This document shows positions 39,039 through 48,980 of a stretch of 64,000 bases of DNA, piece after piece. Every line of letters begins with the position of its first letter. Positions within the stretch are counted from its first letter, which is position 1. The position numbers and the translations under genes are program-made. This DNA is from Spirochaetaceae bacterium. Its GTDB lineage: Bacteria; Spirochaetota; Spirochaetia; DSM-2461. The notes beneath the pieces are model-generated. The model did no database searches. It was given only the letters and a program-made list of their open reading frames with translations, and was not told the DNA's origin. The stretch lies in NCBI GenBank assembly GCA_965224705.1, contig OZ245056.1:224001-288000 (forward strand), written 5' to 3'.

Positions 39039-41263
39039 CGTGCTCCTCCTTTTCTCAAACGCGGCAGCTTGGCCGTAAATTGAACTTCATAGGTTGGCGT
39101 GTCGATTTCCGATTTTATCCTTGCCGGTTGGGGAAAGTACAGAATATCACCGTTCCACTTTCCGGCAACAATCCTCCCTATCGATTTATCTGTTTTTAGC
39201 CGTTCATGCTCTTCCCTGTATTTGGCCAGTTTCCTTTCTTCAAAAAACTGTTTGACTAGCCATGGCTGTCGATCCCAGTGCTTCATCAATGCCGCAAGGA
39301 GGGGGATGTGCAATGTGGACACCTTCTTATCTTCTGCAGACAGCTCTCCCCCATGCAGATCAGCAACTTTCCGGGCGATGTAGAGACCCAGTCCAAACCC
39401 GCTCATCTCTGTCGCTCCCCTGCTGTAGAGTCCATAGATATCGATATGTGGCGGTATCGGTGTTCCATAGTCGGTCACGGTAAAAAGTGTCGAGCTAACA
39501 TCATCCGGACTGCTTCGCCACTCCACCTCTATGTTGCTTCCTCTATGGCAATATTTCAGCGCATTGGTTAGGAAATTGTACACTATTTGTTCCAAAAGCT
39601 CAAAATTGCCGTATACCGCTGGATGGTTCTCGTCCTCCTTGCCATTGATGTTCCATAGGGAGGGAATTCTCACCTGTTGTTCATTAGCGCGCTGCCGGAA
39701 ACTCTTGCGCCATTTGTAGAGGAGCTGGCCGTAAGGCAGAACCCTGCCCATTTTCGGCTTCACGCCACCGTCAGCCACAATTCCCATTCCCTCGCCGATC
39801 AACTCTATCTGATGAGTGTAATCCTGGAGATCGTCCCGCACCTCTTCGGTTTCTTTGGCTGATAAATCGCGCATGGCGGACGCGCGGAAATAGACGTGGC
39901 GGATTCCGTCTATGCCGATGGTCAATTGGTTCAATTCGTGTTTCTGGTAACGTAGATGCAGAGTGTAGATGTCCGCCAGTGAATGCGCCATTACAGTCTC
40001 ATAAGCCGAAGTGAAGGCATTGTTAAAAAGCTTAAACCCCTTCGCCAAGTTCCCTGACGACTTGTTGACAGGGCTGTTTCTGGGATTCTCTTTCGGATAA
40101 CCAACGGCAATCACAATATTCCAATTATTTTGGAGGCTGCCCAGGGGCACCAGGTTGAAATTGTCAATTTCTTTCGTTTCCGGGCTGTTTAACACAGCTC
40201 TCTTCTCACTTTCACAGGTTGGGAGTGTCTTTCCCACGTTTTTCGCATAGATGGTTTCCTTGAAGTTGCGCTTTAATTCCTCCGTATCAGGGGTGACAAC
40301 TTTGCGACTCAATGTTCCTTTCCGATTGCCCATGGGTATGCCGCGGGCATAAATGATGTAGAATGAAAAACGAAAATGCTTGATAACCGATTCCGCTGTT
40401 TGTTGCGCTATCTTCCAGAATCCATTCACCCGATCTTTAAGGATTTTTCTCTGAAGTTCTTTTGCATTCTTGTTTTCAAACTCATCAATGATTTCGGTTA
40501 TCTTGTCTGTGATTATTTCTTTTCGTCTTCTATCAAGACTTATTGAAAGCTCCTTTTCCAAATCCTGGATTGCGTCTTTCAGGCTCTGGATTATTTCGCC
40601 ATATTCCTTTTCTGTTCTTCCCCGTTTTTTCGAATCGCTCTCTATCAGAGCCAATGCTTCCGGATCTTGTACCATAGTTGACAAAAAACCATCCGAATCC
40701 GATATTTTAAATCCGGAATTTTCTTTATATCTCTGGCCGGTCATTAGCAAGCCGATCTTTCTGCCCTCAACCCGGATGGGAAAGATGAGTTTCTTGAAAC
40801 CGCTTATGGGGCAGTTGTATTCAATATATGATTTTTCTTGAGCACCGATAACTCGGGGAGGCATAGCTGCTTCATATTCTGGTTGAACAATCTCATCGAA
40901 TATCTTATCGACAGCTGCCTGGCTTATGTTTCCATCGCCATGCCAGAGGCGGGCAAAATCTTTTTCAGATTTCTCACACTTCCCGCGGTATGAGGCGACG
41001 CTGTCATTATCCTCTCTTCTGCGCCTGCAATACTCGCACATAGCGGAAAGGTTTGTGTATGGCGCGTCTATGCGCTTGGGATTACCGTCCTCACCCATCT
41101 CCATGATCGAGACAGGGAGATGAACCCGTGATGTTATCTCTGCCTGCAGCCCCCTGCAATGGAGTTCCGTGATGATGCCGCCGTTCAGGCAGGATTTTCC
41201 TCTGGTTATCCTGACAGGCTGGTAGGGCCAATTTTCGGCTGAGCTTGTAACGGCATCATTCAT
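39035..41263 (-). CDS. Cytoplasmic sensor histidine kinase with PocR-like N-terminal domain
   Basis: HEL box, NFLTNALKY, DYG, GFGLGLYIA...LHGG; N-terminal C..C and YNCPISG...FPIRVEG..IG.LMTGQ. Confidence 0.8.
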   Translation of the reverse strand: MNDAVTSSAENWPYQPVRITRGKSCLNGGIITELHCRGLQAEITSRVHLPVSIMEMGEDGNPKRIDAPYTNLSAMCEYCRRRREDNDSVASYRGKCEKSEKDFARLWHGDGNISQAAVDKIFDEIVQPEYEAAMPPRVIGAQEKSYIEYNCPISGFKKLIFPIRVEGRKIGLLMTGQRYKENSGFKISDSDGFLSTMVQDPEALALIESDSKKRGRTEKEYGEIIQSLKDAIQDLEKELSISLDRRRKEIITDKITEIIDEFENKNAKELQRKILKDRVNGFWKIAQQTAESVIKHFRFSFYIIYARGIPMGNRKGTLSRKVVTPDTEELKRNFKETIYAKNVGKTLPTCESEKRAVLNSPETKEIDNFNLVPLGSLQNNWNIVIAVGYPKENPRNSPVNKSSGNLAKGFKLFNNAFTSAYETVMAHSLADIYTLHLRYQKHELNQLTIGIDGIRHVYFRASAMRDLSAKETEEVRDDLQDYTHQIELIGEGMGIVADGGVKPKMGRVLPYGQLLYKWRKSFRQRANEQQVRIPSLWNINGKEDENHPAVYGNFELLEQIVYNFLTNALKYCHRGSNIEVEWRSSPDDVSSTLFTVTDYGTPIPPHIDIYGLYSRGATEMSGFGLGLYIARKVADLHGGELSAEDKKVSTLHIPLLAALMKHWDRQPWLVKQFFEERKLAKYREEHERLKTDKSIGRIVAGKWNGDILYFPQPARIKSEIDTPTYEVQFTAKLPRLRKGGAR

Positions 41264-41386
41264 TTATGGACACCTCCGTGATCTTCAAGTATCGCACTGA
41301 ATAAAGCCGTTGTGCAATCGAAATTCTGGTTTCATGAGAGGAAGTGAATAGAAATTCCCCAACCGCCTCCGACATTACCCAAATTC

Positions 41387-42085
41387 TCAAACAGATCGTC
41401 GATCTTCACCGAGAAGTTTTTCTTCCGCTTCAGATCGTCGCATGTATATCGGGCCAAGGTCACCGGGATCCCCTCCACCCTCCCTGTCATACAAATGACA
41501 GGCCATTTCTATCATGAGCCTGCCCCTCGAAGAATCGTACAGGGGATCAATGATAACCCTTTCTTTTCCTTCAGCCAGATGAGCATCAGGACCTGTTATC
41601 AGTATTGATTCATCATCTGGAAGTGCATCCAGGAATTGTGATAAATCAATATCACTGTCATCCATAATGCGTTTTCCATTTTGAAAGGCTGCGGTATACA
41701 CTCTGTTTCTTCCAGCATTCACTACAGGAACAACAATTCCCGGCCAGTATTCCCGGCCTGAGACCAGTAATGGTAAGGCGGGAACAGCTTTTAGATCACA
41801 ATCAGCCCCTCTGGCAATACCCTTGGCGGTCGCCATTCCAATACGCAAACTTGTGAACGAGCCAGGTCCTGCAGAACAAACAACAAGATTGAGACTTTTC
41901 GGTGAAATACTGGAATCTTTAAAGAGAAATTCTACTGCCGGCATAAGAGTTTCGGCATGCTGAGACCCGGTATCAATATAGAATTCTCTATAGTTTTCAG
42001 CAGCAAGAAGGCCGACTGACAATATTCTTCCTGAACTATCTAAAGCCAGGATATTCCAGTGTTTATTACTGTACACCTCTTCCAC
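41387..42085 (-). CDS. tsaB: tRNA threonylcarbamoyladenosine biosynthesis protein TsaB
   Basis: ILALDSS, HAETLMP, GPGSFTSLRIG, PIYMR.SEAE. Confidence 0.93.
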   Translation of the reverse strand: MEEVYSNKHWNILALDSSGRILSVGLLAAENYREFYIDTGSQHAETLMPAVEFLFKDSSISPKSLNLVVCSAGPGSFTSLRIGMATAKGIARGADCDLKAVPALPLLVSGREYWPGIVVPVVNAGRNRVYTAAFQNGKRIMDDSDIDLSQFLDALPDDESILITGPDAHLAEGKERVIIDPLYDSSRGRLMIEMACHLYDREGGGDPGDLGPIYMRRSEAEEKLLGEDRRSV

Positions 42086-42105
42086 AGAGATTCACTCCTG
42101 TTTTA

Positions 42106-43200
42106 TCAGCCAATTCCATAGAATAAGGCATTGATTTTATTGAGATTTTTAGCTGTAATTTTCGTGAACATGATATTCTTAATGAATCTCCTTCGTGCAT
42201 TGGACCTGAAGTTTTTAACCTTTCCGAATACTTCAACTCTCTCATCACTTCTGAGGAGGTTTATTTCCATTTTTATGAGAGTTCCTGTAATCACTCTGTG
42301 ACGACTCTCAATTGTGCAGCCTCCAGGAGAGATTTCAATTGTGTGGCCGGTCATTTTGTTCTTAGTATCCACTACAGCTTGACGAACAATTTTACGTTTG
42401 CGTCCTGATTCAATTATTTTGACCTGATAGAATGTACATTGGCACCTCAGTTTACTTCGAGTGTGTATTCTTTGTTCATTTGCAAGAACTCCAGTTCCAT
42501 GCTGAAGCATGAGAACATCTCTATCATCTATTTTTATAATGCCGAGAGTTCTGGAAGCAAGGATAAACTTTTTGTTGTCTTCATGTATATGAATTGTAAC
42601 CCTGGTATTTTTGCCAATAAACTTTCTATCCACGCTTTGATCCAGATCAATACCTAGAAATTCCTTTGTGTTCAATGAAACAGGCATCTCCATCCCGAAT
42701 TCCTGTTCTTTCTTCGTTCTCGATATGATTGTGATGTATTCCCCGATTTTGATTTGTATTGAGGGTTTTTTCAGTTTTTTTTTGTTAGCGTAAAGCTCGA
42801 TTTTATGGATAATTCGATATAGATCAAGTTTTTGTTTTTCAATTGTTGATTCATTTTGCTGCATCGAAGAGAATTTGATAAGTGCTTTCCCTATGGTGTT
42901 AACCAGGAGAGGAGATGGTATCAATAGATTGAAGGGGTGTTTTATATTGAATAAGGAGATACAGGTTTCGAGAAGCCGAATCTGATCCATACTCAGTCCT
43001 TTAGATACAGCTTCTCGGCGAAAAGCTCTGCGTTTGTATTTCTTTCCATATCTATTCCTGTTTCTCCAGGTAACAATACGATTGATTACTGTAAGTACAA
43101 TAACCAGTGCAATAGTTATTCCTCCCATTATCGCCACTGAACGCCAACTTGTTTCAGATTGGAAATATATTGTTGACTGTAGTAATACGATGTGCTTCAA
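42106..43200 (-). CDS. PilZ-domain (flagellar brake-like) membrane protein
   Basis: QRIHTR (RxxxR) and EISPGG (D/NxSxxG-like) motifs. Confidence 0.7.
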   Translation of the reverse strand: MKHIVLLQSTIYFQSETSWRSVAIMGGITIALVIVLTVINRIVTWRNRNRYGKKYKRRAFRREAVSKGLSMDQIRLLETCISLFNIKHPFNLLIPSPLLVNTIGKALIKFSSMQQNESTIEKQKLDLYRIIHKIELYANKKKLKKPSIQIKIGEYITIISRTKKEQEFGMEMPVSLNTKEFLGIDLDQSVDRKFIGKNTRVTIHIHEDNKKFILASRTLGIIKIDDRDVLMLQHGTGVLANEQRIHTRSKLRCQCTFYQVKIIESGRKRKIVRQAVVDTKNKMTGHTIEISPGGCTIESRHRVITGTLIKMEINLLRSDERVEVFGKVKNFRSNARRRFIKNIMFTKITAKNLNKINALFYGIG

Positions 43201-44060
43201 GATACAATTTCTCCAGCAACAGCAAATAGATCTGGCAGTTCAATGAGAAAAGGCTTAATCTCATACTCCAATATATCTCCGATAAGAACAGTATCATTCG
43301 TCTTCAAAGCTTCTTCCAATTCAGCCAGCATGTCATTCATTGCCTTATTCAATTTAGTCGAAGTATCTTTTTTTTCCATCCAGACCAGACATCGCATGAA
43401 AGCCTGGAGTAACTCTACTAAATGAATGATGACCGCCATTGCCACTTTATCTTGACCGGTTTGAAGTTGAATGGCCACTTCATCAAGTTTTTCTGCAAGT
43501 TCAACAAGGTTTGTGACAATCTTTTCCATTTGTTTTTCAGGATGAACAAGCTCTACAAGGTAATTCTTAATTACGCTGTTCAGCTGAGAAATCTCAACTC
43601 CTGTTTCCTGTAGTTTACATCCGATTTCTTCATCATTCAAAAATACAGAATCAAGTGTTTTACACATATCTGCTTGAACACTTCTGCCAATGATTTCAAA
43701 CAACACGGAACGCATTTCTTCATAAGATTTCGAAAGTTCACTCAGTGATTTTTGATCATTCTTATTCAACGCTTCATTTAAAAAAATTAAATAATTTTGA
43801 GCGTATTCAAGAAAATTTATTTGATATTCACGATTGCTGATGGATTCAATTTGAAGTTTTCGTACAGTATTTATTGGTCGGTCAAACAACTGATCATTGG
43901 TAAGGGCTGCTTCATCGACCTGTATGGAATTGATTCTCATATCTGCTTTTTCAAGCCATGTAATAATACTTTTTAAAACCTCACCAATAGTTTTTTCATT
44001 CTCCAGTTCATAATCAATTCTCTGTTCATTGATTATAATTTCCATATCAGGATTATTCAT
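43197..44060 (-). CDS. Conserved hypothetical protein downstream of fliD
   Basis: ENEKTIGEV, LQTGQD, DTVLIGDILEYEI; overlaps neighbouring genes. Confidence 0.75.
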   Translation of the reverse strand: MNNPDMEIIINEQRIDYELENEKTIGEVLKSIITWLEKADMRINSIQVDEAALTNDQLFDRPINTVRKLQIESISNREYQINFLEYAQNYLIFLNEALNKNDQKSLSELSKSYEEMRSVLFEIIGRSVQADMCKTLDSVFLNDEEIGCKLQETGVEISQLNSVIKNYLVELVHPEKQMEKIVTNLVELAEKLDEVAIQLQTGQDKVAMAVIIHLVELLQAFMRCLVWMEKKDTSTKLNKAMNDMLAELEEALKTNDTVLIGDILEYEIKPFLIELPDLFAVAGEIVS

Positions 44061-46099
44061 CTGTTACCTCCTTGTTGACGGCTGAAATTATCCAATTCTC
44101 TGGAACTGTTTTCAAGTTGATTCAGCATTGCTTCCATTGTTCCATATTGACGCTTCATTTCTGCTTCATAATCCTTCAGATATTCTTCGTAGTCAGCAAT
44201 CTCTTCCCTTGTATCCTTCAGCCGTTTATCTATCCCTGCTATACGATTGCTCGCCAATCCACCAGTCTGTGTAAGAGGAGTTAAATACCTATCTAATGAC
44301 TTCGCAACTCCAGCATCAATAATCAAATCACCAGATGTGTCATTTCCAAATAACTCCTTGACAGCATCCATTCTCGTGCTGAGAGAAGAGTCAAGCTTCT
44401 CTTCATCAATTTCCAGATAGCCTCGCAATTTTGAAAAGTCAATTGTACTTCCTGAATTACTGGAAGAGGCATTTGTGGATATACCAACCTGTGCTAAAAG
44501 GGAAAGTTCATTTCCAGCACCTGTCGTATGGGGACTACTTATAATCGTTTGGAGACGATTTCTTATCTGGTTAAGAGAAGTATCACCGCGAAAACGTCCC
44601 AGTTGTTCTTCCATTTGAACCCTCTGCTCATCATCAAGCCAGGACAATTCTTCCACAATTTTTTTATCATGACTCGTAAGAACCAGCAGCCTTGTCAACA
44701 ACTGATTATAGGAAAAAACAAATCGGATAATGCTGTCTTTTGCCACTTCACTATCGGGTTCAATAGTAAGATCGACTGCTTCTGAGGAAGGCTGCTTCAG
44801 ATTGAATGTCACACCCTCAACAAGGTCATCAATCGTGTTGGAGGATCTTGTTGCTTCAATTCCTCGAAATTCGATTATGGCATCCGCAGCGGTGCTTGTA
44901 ATTCTGGTTGGTTCAAGATCGCCATCTCTGGAAGGATCAAAAATTCGGATATTCTTAATCTCCAATGAGCGGTGAGTATTATCATTCTCAATAAGTATGG
45001 CTGATATATCATTGGGTAATCCGGCTTTCTCAACTCTGATAGTTTTATATTCTGTACTTTTGGAAATTGGCGGCAGTAACTGCGAAGTCCTTTGTCCTTC
45101 AGCTTTGAAAACATCCCAATCATCGACAATTTCTGGCGGTGACCATTCCCTGACAGATGAGGGAAGTTCAACACGGCCTGGATGTCCTGCGATAGTAATA
45201 CCTTGATACTGACCACTGGGTGCACCCGGCCATAATGGTCCCGGTGGATTAGGTGGAACAGGTTCCTCGTCCGTATCAATCTCATGAGTTCTGTATTCGT
45301 ATTCCAGCACCATTCCATTTTCAACGGAAACTGTCTCATCGAAAGGAACTCTAAGTGATGTTTCCGGCTGTATGAGTATACTTCCATTACTCACTTCTAC
45401 GCTTTGCATCTCTACCGGGGAACCTGAAACTGTTAAAAGCTCTCCTGATAGGTTTTCAGGAGTCACTCTTCCTTCCAGGGCAGGAGAAACCCGCACCATA
45501 TCTGTCTCAAGTGCCAGATTGCGAGCATCATCAAGAAATTGAATTCGATTGGAAGAACCTTGGGGAACGGCCTCTATCATCATAACCTGTGTATTTCTGG
45601 TATCACGAACTGTGGCCGCTTTTACAAGTCCAGCACCCTTACCTGTCAGCCGTTTGGTGAAATCTTCCAGGGTTCCCCCCCTGTATTGCAGAGTGACTGA
45701 TTCTTCGCCAACTTTATAGGTGTATTTACCACCCTTAACCCGGAAAGTCTTGTCCAATGAAGGAGTTACAAAACGATCTGAAGATGCTATCTGTTTGACA
45801 GTTATAGAATAAGTATCATTAGCAGCAGTGCGGCCAGCAGTTGCAGTTAGAACATTTTCATTCGAGCTGATAACTTTTTTCTCTGTGAAAGGATTTTCAA
45901 AACCATAGAGACTCTTTGAAGCCCTCTGGAGAACACCCAATTCACGACTGACCTGCTGCCATGTTAATTGAGTTTCATTGAGTTCTTCAACCTCGGCTTC
46001 CATTCGGGTGAGACGAACACGTTCAGCATTCACCAAGTCTTCAACAAGCTTGTCAGTATTGTACTTGGAAGAAACCCCAGGAATACTCATATCAGACAC
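44057..46099 (-). CDS. fliD: Flagellar filament cap protein
   Basis: SIPGVSSKYNTDKLVEDL, RSSNTIDDLVEGVTFNL, L.QVGIST, C-terminal coiled coil. Confidence 0.93.
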   Translation of the reverse strand: MSDMSIPGVSSKYNTDKLVEDLVNAERVRLTRMEAEVEELNETQLTWQQVSRELGVLQRASKSLYGFENPFTEKKVISSNENVLTATAGRTAANDTYSITVKQIASSDRFVTPSLDKTFRVKGGKYTYKVGEESVTLQYRGGTLEDFTKRLTGKGAGLVKAATVRDTRNTQVMMIEAVPQGSSNRIQFLDDARNLALETDMVRVSPALEGRVTPENLSGELLTVSGSPVEMQSVEVSNGSILIQPETSLRVPFDETVSVENGMVLEYEYRTHEIDTDEEPVPPNPPGPLWPGAPSGQYQGITIAGHPGRVELPSSVREWSPPEIVDDWDVFKAEGQRTSQLLPPISKSTEYKTIRVEKAGLPNDISAILIENDNTHRSLEIKNIRIFDPSRDGDLEPTRITSTAADAIIEFRGIEATRSSNTIDDLVEGVTFNLKQPSSEAVDLTIEPDSEVAKDSIIRFVFSYNQLLTRLLVLTSHDKKIVEELSWLDDEQRVQMEEQLGRFRGDTSLNQIRNRLQTIISSPHTTGAGNELSLLAQVGISTNASSSNSGSTIDFSKLRGYLEIDEEKLDSSLSTRMDAVKELFGNDTSGDLIIDAGVAKSLDRYLTPLTQTGGLASNRIAGIDKRLKDTREEIADYEEYLKDYEAEMKRQYGTMEAMLNQLENSSRELDNFSRQQGGNR

Positions 46100-46156
46100 T
46101 AAAGTTTCCTTCGAGGCCCTGTAACAACGCTACAAAGCATCGAAACAGGCCAATTA

Positions 46157-46513
46157 TCAGATTTCCTTGTCGAAAAGAATTCCCAATATGCGTCCTATAT
46201 GTTCATGAACCGATTGAATTTCCTTAGAGGGAATTTCTTTGATAACTTTATCGGTATCCTTGTCAATTATTCTGACGACGAAGTAACCCATTTCGTCCTT
46301 TATATCATATTTGATACGGGTATTACGAATCGCTTTATCAAGAGCAGCTTTCAACACGGCTCTGTCTTGAGTCAAGGTATTATGAGGTTTTTTTGTTTTA
46401 CTGGTCAGTGTTTTTTTTGATTGATCCGCCTGACCCTGGATCACTCCGGTCTTACCTGGTGTTACAGCATTGTTGAGGTGCACAACTTCCATGTTGTCCT
46501 CCTTGATTTTCAA
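46157..46513 (-). CDS. flaG: Flagellar protein FlaG
   Basis: VVRIIDKDTDKVIKEIPSKE...GILFDKEI. Confidence 0.9.
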   Translation of the reverse strand: MKIKEDNMEVVHLNNAVTPGKTGVIQGQADQSKKTLTSKTKKPHNTLTQDRAVLKAALDKAIRNTRIKYDIKDEMGYFVVRIIDKDTDKVIKEIPSKEIQSVHEHIGRILGILFDKEI

Positions 46514-46529
46514 TTCTCAAAAAAGGGCA

Positions 46530-46558
46530 TCTCAGGGAGGGACGCGTCCTCCCTGAGA
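46530..46558. terminator. Stem-loop downstream of the second flaB
   Basis: tctcagggagg...cctccctgaga followed on the minus strand by a T tract. Confidence 0.6.
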
Positions 46559-46625
46559 ATTCCTGATGGAAAAGATGACGTCCAGTTCTCTCTTCCATCT
46601 GCATGGACAGATATTCAGCCGAACT

Positions 46626-47480
46626 CTACCCCAATAGTTGAAGCACGGATTGAGACCGTATGTTCGCCTGTGCCAGTAAAGACATACCAGCCTGGTTTAG
46701 AATCGCATTCTTTGTGTACTCCACTACCTTTGATGCCATATTGGTATCTCTGATCTGGGATTCTGCTGCCTGAATGTTTTCTGCGGCAATTGCGACTCCC
46801 TTTGAAGCCATTTCGAAGCGATTCTGAAAAGCGCCAAGTTCAGCTCTTTGCTTGTTGACAGATTTCATAGCATCATCAATTAAACCGATCGCCCGGTTTG
46901 CTACTTCTATAGTTGAAATAGAAATAGTTCCACCCACACCCTGTTCAGCGGTCAGGCCAAGAGCCTGTGCTGTCATGGTTGCAATAGCGAATCGCTCCGC
47001 CTGGTCCATATTGGCACCGACTTGAATCTGCATGAAGTCACCTGTGACAGATGTTGATGAAAAACGCCCGGTCAAAATGTTCATTCCATTAAACTGGGCA
47101 TGAGATGCGACACGGTCAATTTCATCAACAAGTTGAGAAACTTCGACCTGAATCTGCATTCGATCTTCTGAGGAATAAACCCCGTTTGCTGCCTGAACTG
47201 ACAATTCCCTGACTCTCTGAAGAATATCTTGAGTTTCCTGCAGATATCCTTCCGTTGTCTGTATGAATGACACTCCATTTTCGATGTTTCTTTCTGCCTG
47301 ATTCAGACCACGAATTTGACTTCGCATCTTCTCGCTGACAGACAACCCGGAAGCATCATCACCAGCCTTGTTTATTCTCAGACCACTGACTAATTGCTCC
47401 AGTACCCTGGATGTAGATTTGTTCGAAACTGAAACTTGCCTGTTTGCATTGATGGCACTCATGTTGTGATTGATAATCAT
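46626..47480 (-). CDS. flaB: Flagellar filament core flagellin FlaB
   Basis: [41 protein letters not shown]. Confidence 0.96.
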   Translation of the reverse strand: MIINHNMSAINANRQVSVSNKSTSRVLEQLVSGLRINKAGDDASGLSVSEKMRSQIRGLNQAERNIENGVSFIQTTEGYLQETQDILQRVRELSVQAANGVYSSEDRMQIQVEVSQLVDEIDRVASHAQFNGMNILTGRFSSTSVTGDFMQIQVGANMDQAERFAIATMTAQALGLTAEQGVGGTISISTIEVANRAIGLIDDAMKSVNKQRAELGAFQNRFEMASKGVAIAAENIQAAESQIRDTNMASKVVEYTKNAILNQAGMSLLAQANIRSQSVLQLLG

Positions 47481-47506
47481 ATTCCCTCCTTGATATGGGA
47501 CGATTC

Positions 47507-47520
47507 GGGCATCCATGCCC
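47507..47520 (-). promoter_or_regulatory. CsrA-type GGA hairpin upstream of flaB
   Basis: GGGCA-TGGA-TGCCC on the minus strand, upstream of the RBS. Confidence 0.65.
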
Positions 47521-47683
47521 TTTACCCTCTAATCACGGGATGGGGAACCGGAAAACAATGCGCGTCATAACCGGTCTGTCCTTATCCCGATGGTACGAGG
47601 AGCTATTCCCATCAATCGGATGGGAATAGCACACTCGCCCGTGATTAGTTCAAGGAAGTGCTTTTCAAAGATCAATAAACCAG

Positions 47684-47721
47684 ATGAGAGTTATACTCCC
47701 ATACGAAGAGTATAACTCTCA
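47684..47721. terminator. Stem-loop after the first flaB
   Basis: atgagagttatact...agtataactctcat. Confidence 0.6.
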
Positions 47722-47748
47722 TGAGAGAATACTTCAAGTCTTTTTTTC

Positions 47749-48609
47749 CTACTGAAGCAATTGGAGCACATTTTGAGCCCGCATATTCGCCTGTGCAAGC
47801 ATTGCGGTACTCGATTGGCTGAGTATCTGATTCTTACTGTAGTCAACCATCTTTGCTGCCATATCAAGGTCTCTGATTCTGCTCTCAGCGGCCTGCATGT
47901 TTTCAGCACTGGTATCCAGCCCCTTAACAGCCATCTCAAGTCGATTCTGGTAGGCACCAAGTTCAGCCCGTTGTGTATTCACTGTTTTCAAGACACTGTC
48001 GAGTATACCAAGATTCCGATTTGCCTGTTCCTGTGTACTGATACTGAGAGTAATACCAGTTGAGTTCTGTCTCAGTCCCAGAGCTGTTGCGGTCATGGTT
48101 CCAATGAACATCTGTATCCTTTCATCCATATTGGGACCAATATGGAACCACATTGATGAAGTTGGATTGTTGATACCATTCTCTCGTGCGAATCGACCAG
48201 TAAGCATTTGCATACCATTGAATTGTGCATGAGAAGCCACCCGATCAACTTCATCAATAAGCTGGGAAACCTCAACCTGAATCTGCATTCTATCCTCGCT
48301 GGAATAGATCCCATTGGCCGCCTGTACAGCCAATTCTCTGATACGCTGCAGAACTTCTGTTGTTTCTTCCAGATAGCCCTCAGTGAGCTGAATCAAAGAA
48401 ATTCCATCTGATGCATTTCGGCTTGCCTGATTGAGACCGCGAATCTGCGAACGCATTTTCTCGGAAACAGCCAATCCCGAAGCATCATCTGCTGCCATTG
48501 TAATACGCAGACCACTCGATAGCTTTGCCATGTCCTTCATCGTATTGATGTTGGTGTTTTTCTGAGCGCGTAAGGCATTAATAGCACTCATATTATGATT
48601 AATAATCAT
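47749..48609 (-). CDS. flaB: Flagellar filament core flagellin FlaB
   Basis: [21 protein letters not shown] (spirochaete FlaB signature). Confidence 0.96.
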   Translation of the reverse strand: MIINHNMSAINALRAQKNTNINTMKDMAKLSSGLRITMAADDASGLAVSEKMRSQIRGLNQASRNASDGISLIQLTEGYLEETTEVLQRIRELAVQAANGIYSSEDRMQIQVEVSQLIDEVDRVASHAQFNGMQMLTGRFARENGINNPTSSMWFHIGPNMDERIQMFIGTMTATALGLRQNSTGITLSISTQEQANRNLGILDSVLKTVNTQRAELGAYQNRLEMAVKGLDTSAENMQAAESRIRDLDMAAKMVDYSKNQILSQSSTAMLAQANMRAQNVLQLLQ

Positions 48610-48635
48610 CTATCCCTCCATGAAATGATGATAGT

Positions 48636-48655
48636 TTCAGGCATCCTTGCCTGAA
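48636..48655 (-). promoter_or_regulatory. CsrA-type GGA hairpin upstream of flaB
   Basis: TTCAGGCA-AGGA-TGCCTGAA on the minus strand. Confidence 0.7.
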
Positions 48656-48690
48656 GTATGATTTCCCCTGCTGCTGTTGACCATCAGCCC

Positions 48691-48717
48691 ATATCGGAAT
48701 CTGGCTACAGAACTTTA
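48691..48717 (-). promoter_or_regulatory. Sigma-28 (FliA) promoter
   Basis: TAAA-N15-TCCGATAT. Confidence 0.8.
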
Positions 48718-48980
48718 GAAAATCTTCTATTTCATGATCGGGCAGAAATATCGATAAACTTGACCGTATTACACAAAAAAAACTCAAGTCGCAATTGAAA
48801 CTGCCGATTGGTCGATCGTTATTGAGTCTGATCTCGGCTGCATGGAGGTCGAGATAATCATTTGAGGGTGTTCCCGTCTGACAATGTCTATTGAGGTATC
48901 AGCAGCGAGGAGCTTTCCATACTTTGAAAACAACAGGGACCGCATTCAGCGGTTCATGCAATGCAGCTCCAGTATGATTT

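Noticed and set aside
47529..47648. c-di-GMP-I riboswitch
   Set aside because: GGCAAA/GNRA/GACGCAAAG consensus not present; kept only as an unnamed structure
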